DNA of 64,000 nucleotides from Spirochaetia bacterium (GTDB taxonomy: Bacteria > Spirochaetota > Spirochaetia > SZUA-6 > Bin103). Location: positions 64,001-128,000 of the forward strand of contig CBDAOI010000004.1 of NCBI GenBank assembly GCA_965198005.1, read 5' to 3'. The stretch's first letter is position 1; every line of letters begins with the position of its first letter. The notes under the pieces were generated by a model that worked only from the letters and a program-made list of their open reading frames with translations, was not told the origin of the DNA and did no database searches. Below, piece after piece: positions 57,268 to 64,000 of the stretch. Made by a program: the position numbers and the translations under genes.

Positions 57268-58275
57268 ATGAGAGCCTATCTCATCAGGCGGTCATTGCTC
57301 ATAGTCCCCACCTTGTTTTTCTTGAGCATCCTGGTCTTTCTCTCGGTCCGCTTCATCCCCGGCGATGTAATAGACGTAATGGCGGCTAGGATGGAAGAGG
57401 AGGGGACGCTGGCATTCGAGATTGACCGTGAAGCTCTCGAGCAAATGCTGGGATTAGACGTGCCTGTCTACGTGCAGTATGGACGCTGGATAGGAGTGTT
57501 GCCAACCCCCGACTTTGTTACCAGGGAGTCTCACTTCAACGGTCTCATCCAGGGCAGCCTTGGTGAATCACTGATGAGTACGTTTACGGTAGAGGAGAAG
57601 ATAAGAGGCAGATTGCCAGTAACCATTCAGCTTGGTGTCATGGCAATCGTAATCGGGCTCGTGATAGCCCTGCCGGTCGGCATCTACTCGGCGATTCGGC
57701 AGGATACAGCCGCCGACTACGTGGGGCGCACCATCGCCATCCTCGGCCTGGCAACACCCAACTTCTGGCTGGGACTCATGGTCGTGCTCTACCCCGCCAT
57801 CTGGTGGGGCTGGTCGCCAGCGATGGAGCTGATTCCTTTTGCCGAAGACCCGCTGGGGAATCTCGGGATGTTCCTCCTTCCCAGCTTGATTGTGGGGACG
57901 GCCTCGGCGGCCGCCACTATGCGCATGACCCGCACCATGATGCTGGAGGTGCTCAGGCAAGACTATATCCGGACCGCCTGGTCGAAGGGTCTACGAGAGC
58001 GGGTCGTGGTGCTGCGGCACGCCGTCAAGAACGCACTCATCCCGGTAGTTACCCTGATCGGCCTGCAGTTGCCGATCCTGATCGGTGGCTCGGTCATCAT
58101 GGAGAACATCTTCAACCTGCCGGGGTTGGGTCGTCTCATGGTGGTTGCGCTGGAAGACCGGGACTACCCGGTGGTCTCCGGGGTCAACCTGTTCTTCGCC
58201 ACCGCGGTGGTGCTGTTCAATCTCCTGATCGACCTGCTCTATTCCTATCTGGACCCGAGGGTGCGGCATGAATGA
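57268..58275 (+). CDS. ABC permease, DppB/OppB family, copy 2
   Basis: Paralog of 49929-50936. Confidence 0.92.
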   Translation: MRAYLIRRSLLIVPTLFFLSILVFLSVRFIPGDVIDVMAARMEEEGTLAFEIDREALEQMLGLDVPVYVQYGRWIGVLPTPDFVTRESHFNGLIQGSLGESLMSTFTVEEKIRGRLPVTIQLGVMAIVIGLVIALPVGIYSAIRQDTAADYVGRTIAILGLATPNFWLGLMVVLYPAIWWGWSPAMELIPFAEDPLGNLGMFLLPSLIVGTASAAATMRMTRTMMLEVLRQDYIRTAWSKGLRERVVVLRHAVKNALIPVVTLIGLQLPILIGGSVIMENIFNLPGLGRLMVVALEDRDYPVVSGVNLFFATAVVLFNLLIDLLYSYLDPRVRHE

Positions 58276-59164
58276 CACGCGGGGGCCGTTCGCCGATTTC
58301 TTCGGCAGGTTGTGGCGGCAGAAGCCGCTGGGGATCGCCAGCGGGGTCGTCATCCTGATCCTGATTCTGTTGGCGATCTTTGCCGATGCTCTGGCCCCCT
58401 ATCCTTTCGATAAACTGAACCTGGCAGACCGGCTGCAGGGCCCGTCGGCCCGCCATCTGCTGGGGACTGACCAGTTGGGCCGCGACCTGTTGAGCCGTCT
58501 GCTGTTCGGGGCGCGCATCTCGCTGGTCGTTGGACTGGCGGCGACCACGCTGAACGTGGTGGTCGCCACCCTCATCGGCGGCACCTCCGGATTCCTCGGC
58601 GGCAAGCTGGACCTGGCGGTGCAGCGCTTCGTCGATGCCTGGATGGCGTTCCCGGGACTGCTGCTGTTGCTCACGATCATGTCGGTCGCGGGGCAGGGTC
58701 TGCCACAGATCATCGTGGTGCTCGGGATCGCCGGCGGTGTGGGCGGCTCGCGCGTGGTCAGAGGCGCGGTGGTGGCCACCAAGGGCAACGATTTTTTTCT
58801 GGCCGCCCGGGCGGTGGGCGCGCCGACGCGCCAGGTCCTGGTGCGCCATGTCCTGCCCAACATCGTGGCGCCCCTCATCATCGTTTTCAGCATCAACGTC
58901 GGCGGCGTGATCCTGGCCGAGGCGTCGTTGAGCTTCCTGGGCTTCGGGTTACCCATCAAGGTCCCCAGTTGGGGCGGCATGCTGAGCCGGGAAGGGCGGC
59001 GGTTCATGGAGCAGGCGCCGTGGCTGGCGCTGTGGCCCGGGCTGTGCCTGACGATCGTGGTGTACAGTTTCAACATGTTGGGCGATGCCATGCGGGACTT
59101 GCTCGACCCTAGGCTCAGGGGTGGTGGCGGTCGTCTGGCTGCCGGCGGCGCCACGTCGGTCTAA
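58268..59164 (+). CDS. ABC permease, DppC/OppC family, copy 2
   Basis: Paralog of 50929-51825. Confidence 0.92.
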   Translation: MNDTRGPFADFFGRLWRQKPLGIASGVVILILILLAIFADALAPYPFDKLNLADRLQGPSARHLLGTDQLGRDLLSRLLFGARISLVVGLAATTLNVVVATLIGGTSGFLGGKLDLAVQRFVDAWMAFPGLLLLLTIMSVAGQGLPQIIVVLGIAGGVGGSRVVRGAVVATKGNDFFLAARAVGAPTRQVLVRHVLPNIVAPLIIVFSINVGGVILAEASLSFLGFGLPIKVPSWGGMLSREGRRFMEQAPWLALWPGLCLTIVVYSFNMLGDAMRDLLDPRLRGGGGRLAAGGATSV

Positions 59165-59215
59165 GAGAGCCATGGGCTACTCTCCAGGCTGGCGCGCGCT
59201 CGAACCGTTTGCACG

Positions 59216-59386
59216 TCAGCTGCCGAGCAAGGCGGTGCCGCCCTTAAGGACCCACTTGCCTCTCAGCGAAGGGTGGGAGTTCAGGACGTTCAGGAGATGC
59301 ACCAGATGGAGGACCTTCTCGACCGCACCCTCGTCGAATCCGTCGGGTCTGGATAGGGGCAGGATTTCCGCCGTGGAGAATCTCAC
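59216..59386 (-). pseudogene. AbiEii-like nucleotidyltransferase toxin, N-terminal fragment
   Basis: VEKVLHLVHLL...WVLKGGTAL then a stop shortly after; GTG overlaps the AbiEi stop. Confidence 0.72.
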
Positions 59387-59700
59387 AGCACCTCCCCCCA
59401 GGACCGACTCAGGATTTCGGCCGGGATCATGAGGTTCCAGCCTTTGACCCACTGGCAGCCTTTGCGCCTGCCCCGCGTCAGATAGTGGGGCTGCTGCGGG
59501 CGGAGCTCGCGCAGCGCATCGAGATGCGCTTCTTCCACCGTCAACGGCTCCCGGTACTGCTCGAGGAAGAACCCCACCTTTGCGGCGGTGGTCGCATTCT
59601 CCAGCAGGCGGGTGTACTCGATGACCTGATCCAGGATGAAGAACTCCACCGACTCCAAAGAGCGCCATATCTCCTCCCAGCTACCGGTCAGGTCGGGGCG
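59383..59700 (-). pseudogene. AbiEi-like antitoxin, C-terminal fragment
   Basis: RPDLTGSWEEIWRSLESVEFF..AAKVGFFLE..WNLMIP; fused into the end of SDR-B. Confidence 0.68.
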
Positions 59701-60407
59701 GCTTCGTCGCTGCACAGGAACAGCATCATGCGCGCCACCTCTTCCGGTTCGCCGTAGCGCCCGTCCAGGGAGCGCCGTTCCAACTGGTGCTTGATCTCCT
59801 CGCCCCGGCCCGGTATCCGCATGTCCTCGATCGAGCGCATCATGCGGGTCTCGGTGGGGCCGGGATTGACCGTGTTCACGCGGATGCCGTGCGGTCCGCC
59901 TTCCATGGCCGCGCAGCGCATCAGGCCGATCACCGCGTGCTTGCTGGTGTGGTAGGCGGACATGCCGGTGGTGCCCATCACCCCGGCGGTCGAGGAGGTG
60001 ATGACGATGCTGCCGCCGCGTTCGCGCATCGCCCGCATCACGTACTTGAGACCCAGCCACGCGCCGCGCACGTTGACCGCCATCACGCGGTCGAAGGTGT
60101 CCAGGTCGTACTCGGTGATCGGCGCCACGTCGCCTTCGATGCCGGCGTTGTTGAGAAACAGGTCCACCGTGCCGTAGCGCTCGAGCGCGGTGGCCACGTA
60201 CGCTTCCGTCTGCGCCGGGTCGGTGACGTCGGCCACCGCGTAGCTGGCGGCGGCGCCGATCGAGGAAGCGACCTGCTGCAGGGCGGTCTGGTCCAGATCG
60301 ACCAGCAGCACGCGCGCGCCTTCCGCCGCGAACAGCGCCCCGGCCGCGCGGCCGATGCCGCCGGTGCCCCCGGTTATGATCGCCACCTTGCCTTCAAGTC
60401 GTGCCAT
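59688..60407 (-). CDS. SDR-B, third copy, last residues lost (ends DEAAPT)
   Basis: Near-identical to 51988-52746 until DEAA, then AbiEi DNA. Confidence 0.82.
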   Translation of the reverse strand: MARLEGKVAIITGGTGGIGRAAGALFAAEGARVLLVDLDQTALQQVASSIGAAASYAVADVTDPAQTEAYVATALERYGTVDLFLNNAGIEGDVAPITEYDLDTFDRVMAVNVRGAWLGLKYVMRAMRERGGSIVITSSTAGVMGTTGMSAYHTSKHAVIGLMRCAAMEGGPHGIRVNTVNPGPTETRMMRSIEDMRIPGRGEEIKHQLERRSLDGRYGEPEEVARMMLFLCSDEAAPT

Positions 60408-60465
60408 TCCGTATGCCTTCACTATGGTCGTTGGTCATGGTCGTTGGTCTGGTCGGCCCCACTGA

Positions 60466-61320
60466 CTAGTCGGCCCCGGTGATGAACGCGTGGCGTCCTT
60501 CGCCGCGCTCGCGGAGCTGCGCCCGGCTGCCGCGGGCCGCCGTCAGGCCGCCGTCGACCATCAGGTTGACCCCGGTCACGTGCACGCTCTCGTCGCTCGC
60601 CAGGTACACCGCAGCGTGGGCGATGTCGTCGGCCGCTCCGGCGCGCCCCTGCGGCATGCTGTCCTCGAACCAGCGGGTGAGGCGCGCCGCGCGCGCGGCG
60701 TTCTCCTGCGCCGTGTGACCGGTCTGGCCGCCCCAGAAGATCGGGGTGATGATGGCGCCCGGCGAGATGCAGTTCACCCGCACGCGGTGCTCCGCCAGCT
60801 CGGTCGCCCATACCTTGGTGACGTGAATCACACCCGCCTTGCACGCCGAGTACTCGGCGCTGGAGCCGTCGGTGGTCACGCCCGCGGTGCTGCCGTTGTT
60901 GATGATGCTGCCGCTGCGCTGCCGTTTCATGATCGGCGCCGCGTACTTGACGCCGAGGAAGCAGGAGCCGAGCAGCACCATCACGTCGCGCTGGAACCGT
61001 TCGAGGTCGAACTCGTCCACCTCGCAGTAGGAGTGGCCGCTGCCGGCGTTGTTGAACAGCGCGTCCAGCCGCCCCCAGCGTTCGACCGTGGCCGCCACCA
61101 TCGCCTGCACGTCGGCCTCGACGGTCACGTCGGTGCGGATGAACTGGGCGTTGTCGCCGAGCCGCTCCGCCAGCGCCCGGCCCGCGTCCTCGCCGCGCGC
61201 GGCGATGGTCACCCGCGCCCCCTCGGCCACGTACCGTTCGACCGTCGCGGCTCCCATGCCGCTGTTGCCGCCGGTAACGATGGCCACCTTGCCGGCCAGC
61301 CGGCCTGTCGTAGTTGCCAT
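60466..61320 (-). CDS. SDR-A, copy 3
   Basis: Protein identical to copy 2. Confidence 0.9.
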   Translation of the reverse strand: MATTTGRLAGKVAIVTGGNSGMGAATVERYVAEGARVTIAARGEDAGRALAERLGDNAQFIRTDVTVEADVQAMVAATVERWGRLDALFNNAGSGHSYCEVDEFDLERFQRDVMVLLGSCFLGVKYAAPIMKRQRSGSIINNGSTAGVTTDGSSAEYSACKAGVIHVTKVWATELAEHRVRVNCISPGAIITPIFWGGQTGHTAQENAARAARLTRWFEDSMPQGRAGAADDIAHAAVYLASDESVHVTGVNLMVDGGLTAARGSRAQLRERGEGRHAFITGAD

Positions 61321-61530
61321 ATCGGCCAGTGTAACCCGAGGCGCGCCGCCGCGCCAGACCCGCCGCGCTCGAGCCGGTCCGTCGGGACGCCGCCGCCCTT
61401 GCTCCCAATTCGACGTGCTCGAATCGCCGGCCGCGCTACTACGCGGATCAGATTGGCGCGGGCGGCCGCCGGGTCGCCGTGCGCGTGTGCTCTGAGCTGT
61501 GGTATGCTATGGTGGAATGGAGGATAGCCC

Positions 61531-62367
61531 ATGGCCAGCCCGATGCTCGCACCCGCCAAGGTTCACTACCCCTCATCCGACGGCCGGCCGATGGCGGAAA
61601 GCGACTTCCAACGCACCCCGCTGACCTACGCCGTCGACCGGCTGCGGTTCCACTTTCGCAACCGCCGGGACGTGTACGTCTCGGGCAACCTGCTGCTCTA
61701 CTACCAGGAGGGGAATCCGCGGGCGGTGGTGGCGCCCGACGTGTTCGTGGTGCTGGGCGTATCCAACGCCGACCGCTCCAGCTACCGGCTGTGGAAGGAG
61801 CGCAAGGTGCCTGACTTCGTGCTGGAGATTACCTCGCGCTCGACGTACCGCGAGGACCAGGAGAGCAAGCGCGAGGTGTACCGTGCGCTGGGGGTGCGGG
61901 AGTACTGGCAGTACGACCCGACCGGCGACTACCTGGAGCCGCCGCTGCAGGGCCTGGAGTTGAGCGCGGGGGAGTATCGGCGGCTGCCGGGGCGGGAGTT
62001 GGCGGACGGAGCGCTGGCGCTGGCAAGCGGCGTGCTGGGGCTGGAGTTGCGGGTGACGGCGCGCGGGCTGCGGTTCCACGATCCGGCGACCGGGCAGGAC
62101 CTGCCGAACCTTGCGGAAACCGACGAGGCGCGGCAGCGCGAGCGGCAGGCGCGGCAGCGCGAGCAGCAGGCGCGGCAAGCGGCGGAGACGCGCCTCGCGC
62201 AGGAAACGGCAGCCCGCCAGCAGGAAGTGGCGGCCCGCCAGCAGGAAGCGGCAGCCCGCGCAGCCGCGGAAGCGCGGGTGGCCGAGCTGGAGGCCTTGTT
62301 GCGCCGGGAGCGGGGCCGCGAGTCCGGTCAGGACGGCAATCCACCGGCGCCTCGTCAGGGTCGGTAG
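61531..62367 (+). CDS. Uma2 family endonuclease, copy 4 (278 aa)
   Basis: As copy 1. Confidence 0.88.
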   Translation: MASPMLAPAKVHYPSSDGRPMAESDFQRTPLTYAVDRLRFHFRNRRDVYVSGNLLLYYQEGNPRAVVAPDVFVVLGVSNADRSSYRLWKERKVPDFVLEITSRSTYREDQESKREVYRALGVREYWQYDPTGDYLEPPLQGLELSAGEYRRLPGRELADGALALASGVLGLELRVTARGLRFHDPATGQDLPNLAETDEARQRERQARQREQQARQAAETRLAQETAARQQEVAARQQEAAARAAAEARVAELEALLRRERGRESGQDGNPPAPRQGR

Positions 62368-63190
62368 GGCACGTCCCCGCAAGTCCGCAAGTCCTCGCCT
62401 CGTTGACCCTCGTCCCGACGTTCGCTACACTGACGAGCCTGTCGTATGATTCGGCTCACACGAATCACACGAAAAAGGCAGTCGACGTGCTTGCTGCAAT
62501 GTGCTACGGTCGTGTTGCTCGGTTCGGGAGAGGCGTACATGCGACGGGATGACATCATCAGGCCCCGTATTCGGACGTTAGCGCCAGCGGTGCGTTCTGC
62601 CCTCCCCCCCCCCCCCCCAACATTTCGAACCGAGAACCGAGAAACAACTAACCGCTCGGGCTGATCGCCCCGGACGCGACCCCGCGCACGCCGTCGCCTT
62701 CACCACCGCCGTAGCTATCCGTGGCGCCGGCTCGGTCCATCGCCGAACCGGCATGCGGACCGCCCGCGCCCTTCCCGTCGACCGCAACCGTCCCGGATCC
62801 CCGCCCGCGACTGACTGCCGGCAAAACTCACCCCCGGCGTTGCGGCCCATTCAGACTCGCTGCTTCGCCGACCACCGCCGCGCGTGGCGTTGTGACGCAG
62901 GTCCCGACCTGGCGAGCGGTCGGCGTTTGCACGATCGGGCTGCGTGCCGGCCCGAGACAGGCAGCTTCCGTCTGGCATCTGGCAGGGGTGCCCCAAGAGA
63001 GGAGGTGTAAAATGATACTCAAAGAACCCTAGGCGCGCGCGGCGTGAGCCCGGGTGACCCCGGCTGAGTCACACGCCGCGCGCTTCAAGAATATGGCTCT
63101 GACTGGCCGTCCGCGTTGCGGGCGCGAGAGTAGCCAGGGGGCGGCAATCCGCTCCGCAATACTCTCGAAATAACATTCAAGGAAGAAACG

Positions 63191-64000
63191 ATGAAGATAT
63201 TTTTTGCATGGACCTTCGCGGTTGCGTTGGTCCTCGTCCTGACCGCAACCGGCCTGTGGGCCGGCGGCGCTGAAGAGGCACCGGCAGCCGCTGCCGACAA
63301 GCAGTATGTGACCGACCCCACCACCGGCAAGGTGGTGGTGGCGCCCCAGTATGGCGGGATATTAACCGCCGGTCATACTCAGGGCGGTAGTACTGGGGCT
63401 CCTAATGACCCCTATTTCGGCAATCCGTGGGGCCCAGGGGCGGCCGTCAATGAGAGGCTTGGTATCGGGAACTGGGGAATAGATAGAGACGTATTTGACT
63501 TTAAAGCGGTCTACCTCCCTCTGTCTACCCTAACGGGGAGGCTGGCTGAAAGCTGGGATATTTCCCCGGACGGCCTCACCTATACCTTCAACATCCGCCA
63601 GGGCGTTAACTGGCAGAACAAGGCACCGATGAACGGGAGAGAATTCACTGCGGATGATGTCGTATTCAACTTTCACCGCTATCTGGGTCTGGGCGACTTC
63701 ACCGAAGCCGGACCTAGCACCTACAGTGGCGCTGGCAACTTCATCTCCATACCATTCGAATCGGTAACGGCCACCGACAAATGGACGGTTGTGATGAAGC
63801 TGAAGGAGCCAAATCTCACTGCGCTGGAGCTTATCCTCAACGACCGTGCTGTTGCAATATTGCCCCCCGAGGTAATCGAGCAACATGGCGAGTATCAGGA
63901 CTGGAGGAACCTGGTCGGCACCGGACCCTTTATGGTGACTGATGTAGTCGAGGAGAGCAGCATCACCTGGACCAAGAATCCTGACTACTGGGGCTATGAC
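63191..64000 (+). CDS. Family-5 solute-binding protein, copy 3 (partial, runs off window)
   Basis: MKIFFAWTFAVALVLVLTATGLWAGGAEEAP... open to the window end (NPDYWGYD). Confidence 0.9.
   Translation, partial: MKIFFAWTFAVALVLVLTATGLWAGGAEEAPAAAADKQYVTDPTTGKVVVAPQYGGILTAGHTQGGSTGAPNDPYFGNPWGPGAAVNERLGIGNWGIDRDVFDFKAVYLPLSTLTGRLAESWDISPDGLTYTFNIRQGVNWQNKAPMNGREFTADDVVFNFHRYLGLGDFTEAGPSTYSGAGNFISIPFESVTATDKWTVVMKLKEPNLTALELILNDRAVAILPPEVIEQHGEYQDWRNLVGTGPFMVTDVVEESSITWTKNPDYWGYD

Larger units (their letters stand above)
43973..64000. repeat. Tandem amplification of a roughly 7.6 kb unit (SDR, SDR, Uma2, leader, SBP, two permeases): one deleted 2.3 kb copy, two full copies, one running off the window
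   Basis: Uma2 starts at 43973, 46277, 53837 and 61531 (spacings 2304, 7560, 7694). SDR and Uma2 DNA near-identical between copies. Confidence 0.92.

Noticed and set aside
48043-64000. Diversity-generating retroelement acting on the SBPs
   Set aside because: No reverse transcriptase or template repeat in the window; differences include indels and are not adenine-specific.
1-64000. CRISPR array or cas genes
   Set aside because: All short repeats are contiguous tandem units without unique spacers; no cas motifs seen.

Overview
GC-rich bacterial chromosome segment. Gene order (ymdB-lptC-lptA-lptB-rpoN-hpf-hprK-ptsH-lexA-holA, opposed uvrC), tRNA-Ala(CGC) and the LWAAG-E signal-peptide style suggest a spirochaete (inference only). 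There are three zones. (1) 1-14.5 kb: core genes, tRNA-Leu(CAG), tRNA-Ala(CGC), a DUF222/HNH gene, an orphan antitoxin whose toxin is internally deleted, and dcd. (2) 14.6-42.35 kb: a complete class I DISARM anti-phage operon on the minus strand (drmD-drmMI-drmA-drmB-drmC), stretched to about 28 kb by co-oriented cargo in three of its four gaps. The cargo comprises two tandem ABC-type ATPase + PIN-nuclease pairs, a truncated Dsr1-like sirtuin, ASCH/EVE-like genes, two ATPase + DUF4276 pairs, a triplicated small protein + HEPN module, two relic drmA 5' ends and an orphan higA. (3) 42.4-64 kb: gltA, then a tandem amplification of a roughly 7.6 kb unit (two SDRs, Uma2 nuclease, long structured leader, family-5 solute-binding protein, two permeases) in which the binding proteins are diversified in patches while the SDR and Uma2 genes are almost identical. 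The best candidates for undescribed systems are the ATPase + PIN pair, the small protein + HEPN module, and DISARM acting as a cassette-stacking platform. All family assignments are by eye from motifs; no database searches were run, and some junctions or frameshifts could be assembly artefacts.
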